The notes beneath the pieces are model-generated. The model was given only the letters and a program-made list of their open reading frames with translations. It searched no databases and was not told the origin of the DNA. A DNA stretch of 64,000 nucleotides from positions 40,754 through 104,753 of the forward strand of contig CAZFKB010000001.1 of assembly GCA_964519785.1 (NCBI GenBank), written 5' to 3'. This document shows, one piece after another, positions 28,265-35,981 of this stretch (the stretch's first letter is position 1; each line of letters begins with the position of its first letter). The position numbers and the translations under genes were made by a program. The DNA comes from an uncultured Candidatus Obscuribacterales bacterium (GTDB lineage: Bacteria; Cyanobacteriota; Vampirovibrionia; Obscuribacterales; Obscuribacteraceae).

Positions 28265-28962
28265 ATCAACTCTTTGTGCACACCGTAAATATGACCGTCG
28301 AATTCGACGTCTTCTATACCAGGCATGTGCTGAAAATCTTCGATTAGTTTGACGAAAACCTCTTCCTGTCCGGCAGCCTGTACTCTCAGTTCGCCTTTCT
28401 GGTCGCCTTGAGCGTGTTTGACTGTCAAAGAAACTGTCTGAAGACCAGATTCTTTTAGCTTTTGAGCAACAGCCTTTACTCCATCGAGTCCATTGGATAA
28501 TTCGATTTTCAAATTATTGATATGACGATCGGGGAAAAGCTTGAGTTCAAGCGGTTTCAGTAAGGACAAGATTATGCATAACACTACTGTGGCTGCAATG
28601 GAAGTAAAATACATTCCGGCTCCAGTCGACAATCCAACTCCGGCAACAGCCCAGACGCTGGCTGCTGTAGTTAAGTTTCGGACTTGATTCTTGCGGAAAA
28701 TTATTATCCCCGCACCAAGAAAACCGATACCGCTAATGACTTGTGCAGCCATTCTTGTGGGATCAAAGCGAATGTCGTTTCCGCTCATCATACTAAAGCC
28801 ACCATATGCCGAAACGATCATAATCAAAGCAGAAGCAGTGCAAACTACTGCGTGAGTGCGAAGTCCTGCGCCTCGGTTTTTGCGACCGCGTTCAGCCCCT
28901 ATGAGACTTCCCAGCAAGGCTGCCGTCAGTAATCGTTTGACAATTTCCAGTTCGAGATTCAT
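28261..28962 (-). CDS. mgtC: MgtC/SapB family membrane protein
   Basis: N-terminal LLGSLIGAERGRKNRGAGLRTH plus four to five TM helices and a soluble C-terminal domain. Confidence 0.85.
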   Translation of the reverse strand: MNLELEIVKRLLTAALLGSLIGAERGRKNRGAGLRTHAVVCTASALIMIVSAYGGFSMMSGNDIRFDPTRMAAQVISGIGFLGAGIIIFRKNQVRNLTTAASVWAVAGVGLSTGAGMYFTSIAATVVLCIILSLLKPLELKLFPDRHINNLKIELSNGLDGVKAVAQKLKESGLQTVSLTVKHAQGDQKGELRVQAAGQEEVFVKLIEDFQHMPGIEDVEFDGHIYGVHKELI

Positions 28963-29028
28963 TTTTTAGATTTTGTACTATGCTTCTTGCCTTGTCAAAG
29001 GCAGTGTCCGTTTATAATATTTTGAATC

Positions 29029-30933
29029 ATGCAAATACTGAAGCAGACAGCATTTTTAGCCGTTTCTATGACATTCTTACTAGTGTCTCAAAATGCTTTT
29101 GCACAAAGCGTTAGCGGGTATGAAGCTGGTGTTGCTTTTTATAAAAACCGCAACTACAGCGCCGCTATCAAATCTTTTGAAAGCGAAATAAAAAAAGGCG
29201 ATGCAAAAGCTGAAGTGTACACTTATTTGGGGCATTCGTATTATGCCATGGGTGATCGTATACGCGCCTTGAAAAGCTATCAAGAGATAATGGCCAAGTT
29301 CAAGGGACAGCCCGCAGAGCAAAGTGCAAAAGAATTTATTAAGCGTTTAGATCCGCATGGGCGTTATTCGCAAACTAGAAGCTCGAGTGTGTTGCAGCGC
29401 ATTGAAGTAATTGCTCCGACCGTTCCGGGACACCCACCCGTTGAGAGTTCCACTGTTTCTAGTGTTAGAAGTGCGCTTTTAAAGCTTCCCGCTTACGTTT
29501 TGAAAATCTTGGACAACAATGGAACGACCATCTATGTAGGTACTAATTCCACTGACAAGTTTCCAGAAGATTGGCGCGTTTCCAAGCCAGGTCTTGAAGC
29601 CATTACCCTTTCGCAGGAACCAGGGCGCACCATTGGTAGTGACATATACATATGGGAGCGACCTACCGAACCTGGTTCCAAAGAGTTGAGTGAAAAATTC
29701 CCAGATTATTATTTTGAACATGCGCTTTTAGGCGAAGTCGGACATGTTGTGGCGAAAGCGTTGAATGATATCGCTAGCGATCCGGGCTTCAAAGAAAAGT
29801 ACGACCTTGAAGTGGGCTTGCTGTCTTCAACTGAAAAAAAACGGTACGATGTTTTTCTCCAAAAAGACAATAAGGGCGCTGAAGAGCTTGCTGCGGCATG
29901 TGTAGCAAGTGTTTTGAGAAATTCATCACAGCAGTCGTCTCATTTTTCAAAATGCGAAGATTGGGTGAAGCAACGAATGGAGGCTGCTCGCACTGGTCGA
30001 GTCAGCTTGTTGGTATCACTTGGACCTAATTCTAAGAAGGATTCCAAACAGCCAAAAAAAGACGATAAGACCCAGGGAATCAAGACCGCTACAGCGACTG
30101 GTGCTGCAATCACGGCTGATGCGAAACTGGAAAAGCTAAAAAAGGAAAAACCAGATGTAATTCCAGAACAGGATCACGTTCCATTCTGGATCGACGTTCA
30201 CACAAGAATGAGAGTAAAAGGCTGGATTAACGGTCGACCAACCACAATGATGCTCGATACTGGCGCCTACAAAGTAGTTATCGGTTGGGAGACGCTGCAA
30301 CAGTTGGGCATTAAAACGCCTGAAGGCAAGGCTACAGAAAGATCTAGCGGAGCTGGTGGTAGTTTTGAACACTGGGAAATGCCGATTGAAATTCAAATTG
30401 GCAAAATTAAACGTACAGTTAATGCCTCGGTCGTAAAAAACGAGCCCGAAATTCTTGTCGGACAGCCTTTTCTTGAAGGATTGTCATATCGAATTGATAC
30501 TCGGGGGAGCTATATTCACTTCGTGAAAAAAGGCGGAAGTGCAAAACATGTAGGCACTTTCGATTCGATTGAGGTACCGTACCGAATGGCAAACGGTAAC
30601 ATGATGGTGCAGGCTAAAATCAATAACACGCCACTTGAAATGAATTTTGACACAGGGGCTCCTACGACTGTGCTTTCGATGCAAGACGCCTGGCGACTGG
30701 GACTCATGATGAAAGAGCCTCTTGATGTCGAAGCAATCGGTGGTGTGGGCGGTGCTGCACAAGAAGCCTATGTTTATCGGATTTCGGATATTCAGCTCGA
30801 ATCCAAAAAAATGCTCGATTTCCGAGTCCATGTCATGAACATCGGACACTCTGTTCTTGGTCAGGACTTTTTTGGATCATCTCAATTTGTTGTGGACAGC
30901 GAGAAAAGAGTTATTCGTTTCACTCGCCGGTAA
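29029..30933 (+). CDS. Secreted TPR protein with degenerate ATLF-like domain and two retropepsin-like aspartic protease domains
   Basis: Signal peptide and a TPR pair. The central domain is homologous to the PDZ-protease catalytic domain, with GEVGH (29731-29745) where HEMGH is expected. Two DTGA motifs lie at 30256-30264 and 30649-30657. Confidence 0.75.
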   Translation: MQILKQTAFLAVSMTFLLVSQNAFAQSVSGYEAGVAFYKNRNYSAAIKSFESEIKKGDAKAEVYTYLGHSYYAMGDRIRALKSYQEIMAKFKGQPAEQSAKEFIKRLDPHGRYSQTRSSSVLQRIEVIAPTVPGHPPVESSTVSSVRSALLKLPAYVLKILDNNGTTIYVGTNSTDKFPEDWRVSKPGLEAITLSQEPGRTIGSDIYIWERPTEPGSKELSEKFPDYYFEHALLGEVGHVVAKALNDIASDPGFKEKYDLEVGLLSSTEKKRYDVFLQKDNKGAEELAAACVASVLRNSSQQSSHFSKCEDWVKQRMEAARTGRVSLLVSLGPNSKKDSKQPKKDDKTQGIKTATATGAAITADAKLEKLKKEKPDVIPEQDHVPFWIDVHTRMRVKGWINGRPTTMMLDTGAYKVVIGWETLQQLGIKTPEGKATERSSGAGGSFEHWEMPIEIQIGKIKRTVNASVVKNEPEILVGQPFLEGLSYRIDTRGSYIHFVKKGGSAKHVGTFDSIEVPYRMANGNMMVQAKINNTPLEMNFDTGAPTTVLSMQDAWRLGLMMKEPLDVEAIGGVGGAAQEAYVYRISDIQLESKKMLDFRVHVMNIGHSVLGQDFFGSSQFVVDSEKRVIRFTRR

Positions 30934-30999
30934 CGTTAATGTTGCAAATCTGACGCTCGTGTATCATTCTCCCACCCGCATAAACTGGAGGTGGATGTC

Positions 31000-32112
31000 A
31001 TGCCGCTAAATAACTTTGTCACACTTGGAAAATCGGGTCTGCGCGTAAGCCCGCTCTGTCTTGGGGCAATGACTTTCGGTATGGACTGGGGTTGGGGTTC
31101 CACTCCTGAAGAGTCGCACAAAATTCTGCAAAAATTTATCGACAAAGGCGGCAATTTTATCGATACCGCCAACTTTTATACTAAGGGACATTCTGAAGTC
31201 ATAATCGGCGATTTTGTGACCAAAAAAGGTTTTCGTCGTGACCAGCTAGTGATTGCCACCAAATTTTTTGGCTCGTTGTATCAGGGCGATCCTCACGGCG
31301 GTGGTGCCAGTCGCAAAGCCATGTACAGCCAGTTAGACGAATCGCTTAGACGTCTGCAAACAGATTACATCGACTTGTATTGGATGCATTGTTGGGATAA
31401 AAACACGCCAATCGAAGAGACCATGAGCACTTTGAACGACCTCGTGCGGTCTGGCAAAGTGCGTTACATAGGTTTTTCAGATACGCCTGCATGGAAAGCC
31501 ACTCAAGCTCAAATGCTTGCAGCACACTATGGATGGCCTAAAGTGGTGGCACTTCAGATAGAATATTCCTTGCTCGAGCGTACAGTGGAAGGTGACTTGA
31601 TGCCGATGGCGCTCGAGATGGGCATGGGGGTGACTCCCTGGTCTCCGCTTAAATTTGGTGTGTTGACTGGCAAATTTACCCGTGAAAACAAAGGCAAAGT
31701 CGAGCCAGGACGAGGCGATTGGGTCAAAGAGAATTTGACAGAGAAAGCCTATGACGTAGTAGACGAGCTGGTAGCTGTCGCTAAAGAATTGAACACGACA
31801 CCGCCCAAAGTGGCGCTTGCCTGGTTGCTCACTAAACCAGGTGTGGTATCACCAATTATTGGTGCGCGAACAATGGAACAGCTGGAAGACAATTGCGGAG
31901 CCACTGAAATTAAACTTTCAGACGATCAGATTAAGCGTCTAGATAAAGTCTCCGAACCAAAACTGAATTTCCCAGCAGATTTCTTGAAACGCTCGGGCAC
32001 ATTCGGCTCGGGTGGAACCACAATCAACGGCGAAACTTCAGACATAAATCCGTTAGCGCCAAAGTCCGATTCTGAGCGCTTTACCGGAAAAGCAACGGCT
32101 TCAGTGAGATAA
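31000..32112 (+). CDS. Aldo/keto reductase
   Basis: LGKSGLRVSPLCLGAMTFG ... GGNFIDTANFY ... GFSD.  GGAGGTG lies 6 nt upstream of the ATG at 31000. Confidence 0.9.
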   Translation: MPLNNFVTLGKSGLRVSPLCLGAMTFGMDWGWGSTPEESHKILQKFIDKGGNFIDTANFYTKGHSEVIIGDFVTKKGFRRDQLVIATKFFGSLYQGDPHGGGASRKAMYSQLDESLRRLQTDYIDLYWMHCWDKNTPIEETMSTLNDLVRSGKVRYIGFSDTPAWKATQAQMLAAHYGWPKVVALQIEYSLLERTVEGDLMPMALEMGMGVTPWSPLKFGVLTGKFTRENKGKVEPGRGDWVKENLTEKAYDVVDELVAVAKELNTTPPKVALAWLLTKPGVVSPIIGARTMEQLEDNCGATEIKLSDDQIKRLDKVSEPKLNFPADFLKRSGTFGSGGTTINGETSDINPLAPKSDSERFTGKATASVR

Positions 32113-32865
32113 AGCTAATTTTTTAACTATTTCTTTGCCCATGCCTTCGGCAGACTTCGGATTCTGTCCAGTGATCAGATTTCCATCTATAGTGACATGC
32201 GATTGCCATAAGGGTGACTTTTCGAATTTGCCACCATGTTCTGCCATTTTAGATTCGAGCATAAATGGCATGAATTTTGATTTCTGGACTGCGTCTTCTT
32301 CGGCATTTGTGAAACCAGTGACTTTTTTGCCTTTGATCAAAAAATCTCCATTAGATAGTTTGACATTCACAAGTCCAGCAGGACCGTGGCAAACTGCTGC
32401 AACTACGCCTTTCTTTTCGTAGATTTTTTGCACTAGTTTTTGGCTGTCTTTGTTATCTGCAAGATCAAACATGGGTCCGTGACCGCCTGGAAAGACAATG
32501 GCTTTGTAGTCTTCTGCTTTTACTTTCGACAGTGCCAAAGTGTTTTGAACTTGTTTCATTGCGTCCTTGTCCGCAAGAAATCTTTTGTTGGCGCCGTCTT
32601 CTGGTTTTTTACTCTCTTCGTCCAGCGGTGCGGCACCACCTTTTGGAGAGGCTATATCAATTTTGTATCCTGCATCTTTAATCGCATAGTAAGGGCTTGA
32701 GAGCTCTTCTAGATACCAACCAGTTTTCTTTCCTGAATTGCCTAGTTTGTCGTGACTGGTGAGTACGAACAATACGCGACCTTTGTCTTCGGCATGAACA
32801 CTCGATGTTGCAACGCCTGCAGTAAGTGCAAGTGTCAGTGCCGCTAGAAGCGATTTCTTAAGCAT
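32101..32865 (-). CDS. DJ-1/PfpI (type 1 glutamine amidotransferase-like) protein with signal peptide
   Basis: Nucleophile elbow AAVCHGP. GWYLEE and FPGGHG motifs. The N-terminal signal peptide ends in VHA. Confidence 0.8.
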   Translation of the reverse strand: MLKKSLLAALTLALTAGVATSSVHAEDKGRVLFVLTSHDKLGNSGKKTGWYLEELSSPYYAIKDAGYKIDIASPKGGAAPLDEESKKPEDGANKRFLADKDAMKQVQNTLALSKVKAEDYKAIVFPGGHGPMFDLADNKDSQKLVQKIYEKKGVVAAVCHGPAGLVNVKLSNGDFLIKGKKVTGFTNAEEDAVQKSKFMPFMLESKMAEHGGKFEKSPLWQSHVTIDGNLITGQNPKSAEGMGKEIVKKLALSH

Positions 32866-32913
32866 GGTTTTCTCCTTTTGGGTTATGCGATACTTAGCAT
32901 ATTTTGTTAATGC

Positions 32914-33462
32914 TTATACAGACAAAACTAGTGCCATGATCACATAGCTCTTGTTCTTGAAATCAAACTCGTCCACTATACCCATGCCTAGCTTTTCATG
33001 CGCCTTTATAGAACGCGGATTTTCTTTCGAGACGAATACGACCGCAGCGTTGTACTGTGCGTAAAGCTCTTTGTACAAAGCCTGGTAAAGATTTTCCAGA
33101 ACGCCTCGTCCGCGCAATGATTGGTCGATGCATACAGGTCCTGTGATAAGAACCTGCTGATTGGAAAGCTTTTTACCGCCAATATCAATTTTGCTGAATC
33201 GCTCAATCATTGCGGCGGGCAAAGGAAAAGGCAGGTTGAACATCGGTGTGGAAGAACACAAAAAAGCTTTTACATCTTCATTTTCGTCAAGCCCAACTAT
33301 GACGCAGCCATCATTATCCATTGATTCGAATTGTTGTGCCGAGAAGGCGGCGGACAAGAATCCATCTCTTTTTTGATCGTCCGAAATATTACTTGCAAGA
33401 TTCTGGTCTTGCAGTATAACTATGCCATCGAAGTCGGTGCCAGAAGCACGACGAAATAGCAT
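32914..33462 (-). CDS. GNAT family N-acetyltransferase
   Basis: Motif A-like QSLRGRGVLENLY, and size typical of the family. There is a 1-nt TAATG overlap with the upstream Usp gene. Confidence 0.7.
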   Translation of the reverse strand: MLFRRASGTDFDGIVILQDQNLASNISDDQKRDGFLSAAFSAQQFESMDNDGCVIVGLDENEDVKAFLCSSTPMFNLPFPLPAAMIERFSKIDIGGKKLSNQQVLITGPVCIDQSLRGRGVLENLYQALYKELYAQYNAAVVFVSKENPRSIKAHEKLGMGIVDEFDFKNKSYVIMALVLSV

Positions 33463-34340
33463 TATTTGCCAGACTTGCCAATCATAACAGACACTGGAGC
33501 ATGTGTTGCCAACCTATCTGTAACGCTTCCAAGAATAATGTGTTCAATTGGTGTGTGACCTTTTGCTCCCATCACGATTAGATCTGCATTGTTCTTTTTC
33601 GCAAAGTCGATGATGTTTTCTGCAGGTTCACCAGTTACCAACTCTGTCTTGACGTTGGTCAATCCAAGCTCTTTCATCTGCTTGAGAGCGTCGGCAATTA
33701 CAACTTCTCCCTCCATAAGCAGATTTTTCTCTAGAGCGAAATTGACTTCGGGCACTACTGCCATCATTTGAGGTACTGTCACCACATGCAGTATTGTGAC
33801 CTGAGCATTGCTTTCTTTCAGTTTGAGCATGGTAGCTACTTTGTTCATTGTCGCCACTGCATCTTTAGAGCCATCGAAAGCAAAAACAATGTGTTTGACG
33901 CCTTTCTTGCCAGGGCGCATCACAAGAGTTGTTCCGGGGTTTAATTTGGCTACTTTGCGCGAAGTCGAGCCGATAAAAAATTCTTCCACCATTCCATGCT
34001 TCAAAGGCAAAACGCAGGTGACATCGGCATTTATTTCTTTCGACATATCTGCAATTGATTGAGCTGGATTACCTGAAATAAACTTGATGGTCACGTTGGC
34101 GCCTTTTGCTGCAAGCGCGTTTTTGAAAGGCTCGAGTTTTTCTTTTGCTTTCTTTTCAATTTGATGTCCCCAGTCGTCTGCAAAATCGCCCATTGAATTG
34201 ATGACGTTTTCGTAAGCGGGAGTAATGTTTTTCACAAACAAAAGGGTTATGTCTGCTTTGTCTAATGGAAAAGTCGCTGCCAGATCTTCGACGAAATCGG
34301 GTGGCAAATGCATTACATCAACTGAGAGCAAGAGTTTCAT
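33462..34340 (-). CDS. Tandem universal stress protein (2 x Usp domains)
   Basis: Two UspA-like halves. The C-terminal ATP-binding motif is LIVMGAKGHTPIEHIILGSVT. Confidence 0.85.
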   Translation of the reverse strand: MKLLLSVDVMHLPPDFVEDLAATFPLDKADITLLFVKNITPAYENVINSMGDFADDWGHQIEKKAKEKLEPFKNALAAKGANVTIKFISGNPAQSIADMSKEINADVTCVLPLKHGMVEEFFIGSTSRKVAKLNPGTTLVMRPGKKGVKHIVFAFDGSKDAVATMNKVATMLKLKESNAQVTILHVVTVPQMMAVVPEVNFALEKNLLMEGEVVIADALKQMKELGLTNVKTELVTGEPAENIIDFAKKNNADLIVMGAKGHTPIEHIILGSVTDRLATHAPVSVMIGKSGK

Positions 34341-34436
34341 GGTCCTAACCTTTAGCTTGTGCTGTATGGGAAGCTTTTGGTTATTTTCTCACCTTGAAAA
34401 TCTCAATTCCTTAGAATTTACAAGACGATAGCTTGA

Positions 34437-35054
34437 CTACTCTTTGCTTTCTTCGTCTTTATTCTTATCTTTGTGCTTGGATTTGCCCTTTTCCTCACGC
34501 TTTTTGTCTTTATTTTTTCCGTTTTTCTTTTTGTCTTTTTCTTTGCGTTTCGCATCGACTTTATTTGATTCAAGCAGAGGAGCGATCACTCTATCGTTGC
34601 TGTCGTAAGGGAAAACACTGGCGCTTTGGGAGTCGTTATGTCCATCTTCTTGAGTTTCGTTTTTCTTGGGTAAACCAGCCTTGCGTCTGCCCAGCTCTTC
34701 TTCAATTTCTTTTGGGTCGATTCCGACTGCTTTTAACGGTCCCATGCATATTTCGCGCCACGGGGCACCAGCCATGGCTTGCCTTATAGTGACTTCGAAA
34801 ACCTGTTGTTTGACCGATGAACCATAGACTCCAGATGGTACCTGCTCGGGTACCTTAACACGCGGACCCTTATTGCCTACGGAGCCACAAAAACGGCAAA
34901 GTTTAGCTTGAATCTTTATGCGCTCATCGCAAGAGGAACAGTTTCTGTAGTGGTCATTAGAAAGACCGTAATTGCAAAACCGGCACGCAATTGCATTCTG
35001 CTTAATTAGCTCAGCGCAGTTTGGGCACTCAATTGAATCGCCAAAATAATCCAT
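34437..35054 (-). CDS. Double zinc-ribbon protein with Lys-rich C-terminal tail
   Basis: CPNC...CRFC and CSSC...CRFC pairs, followed by a tail KRKEKDKKKNGKNKDKKREEKGKSKHKDKNKDEE. Confidence 0.7.
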   Translation of the reverse strand: MDYFGDSIECPNCAELIKQNAIACRFCNYGLSNDHYRNCSSCDERIKIQAKLCRFCGSVGNKGPRVKVPEQVPSGVYGSSVKQQVFEVTIRQAMAGAPWREICMGPLKAVGIDPKEIEEELGRRKAGLPKKNETQEDGHNDSQSASVFPYDSNDRVIAPLLESNKVDAKRKEKDKKKNGKNKDKKREEKGKSKHKDKNKDEESKE

Positions 35055-35201
35055 GGGATTTTTATACCCAGCTAAACTCAGTTAATAATAAGTGCACTTC
35101 GATCCCTGCTTTCTGACTTCTTCGACCATTTTCATTTTTCAATCATAACCCAAACCTTTTATCGAGAATCGAAGTGTTGAATAGAGCTATTTGTCTTTTT
35201 T

Positions 35202-35271
35202 GTTAAACGCGTCACGTGTCATGTGTCACGCGTCACGTTTAACGCGTCACGTGTCACGGGATCCGTTAAAT
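35202..35271 (+). repeat. Heptamer-periodic intergenic repeat, copy 2 (10 units)
   Basis: GTTAAAC GCGTCAC GTGTCAT GTGTCAC GCGTCAC GTTTAAC GCGTCAC GTGTCAC GGGATCC GTTAAAT, read directly in 7-nt register. Confidence 0.9.
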
Positions 35272-35312
35272 TATTTTTTGCGTTACAGCGTTGAGGCAGT
35301 TAACTGAACTTT

Positions 35313-35981
35313 TTAAAGAAAGCCATCGAATTCTGACTCGATCAAAGTATTTTCAAATTTAAGTGAAGCGGCATGCAGAGCCATGCGAGTAAAAGAATAT
35401 GTTTTACGAAAATAGCGATTTACGTCGCCTTTGCCAAAACGTACGTCACCAACAATTGGATGAGAAAGATGTTTCAAATGGCGCCGTATCTGGTGCTGCT
35501 TTCCGGTTAGCGGATAACATTCGATAAGTGACCATCGATCATAATGTGCAAGAGGAATAAAGCGTGTTTGCGCTTCCACTCTGCCTTCGCGATTGCGTTG
35601 CCTGATTGGATGATCCAGGAAAATTTCTTCTTTCATTGGTCCGCGAACAAGTGCAAGATATTTTTTTTGTACCAGGCCCGATTGAAATAAAGATTGAATT
35701 TTGCGCGCACTGTCTGCATTCAAGGCGAAAAGAAGCACGCCGCTGGTTGCGCGATCCAGGCGATGTACAGCAAAAACTGGAGCGCCAATTATTTTGTCAC
35801 GTACAATGTCTGCTACTGTGATCGGGTCTTTATCCCAGCCTCGATGAACTATTAATCCGGCGGGCTTGTCTATTGCGACGAAATTTTCATCGCGATAAAG
35901 TATTTTCAAATCCGGTTGCGAGTTCGCGTCGAGTTTAGTAGGCTCGGACCGGACGAGGTGTTGCAGGGATTTTTTGAGCAT
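35313..35981 (-). CDS. RluA-family pseudouridine synthase (TruC-like)
   Basis: Catalytic motif HRLDRATSGVLLFA. Its size and the absence of an S4 domain match TruC-type enzymes. Confidence 0.85.
   Translation of the reverse strand: MLKKSLQHLVRSEPTKLDANSQPDLKILYRDENFVAIDKPAGLIVHRGWDKDPITVADIVRDKIIGAPVFAVHRLDRATSGVLLFALNADSARKIQSLFQSGLVQKKYLALVRGPMKEEIFLDHPIRQRNREGRVEAQTRFIPLAHYDRWSLIECYPLTGKQHQIRRHLKHLSHPIVGDVRFGKGDVNRYFRKTYSFTRMALHAASLKFENTLIESEFDGFL

Noticed and set aside
34433-34789. 118-aa plus-strand ORF opposite the zinc-ribbon gene
   Set aside because: It is generated by the low-complexity tract encoding the Lys-rich tail. It is Cys/Phe/Leu-rich nonsense with no start context.
35246-35279. 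Repeat copy 2 acting as the intrinsic terminator of the pseudouridine synthase gene
   Set aside because: The hairpin-plus-T-tract reads correctly only on the plus strand, whereas both flanking genes are on the minus strand.
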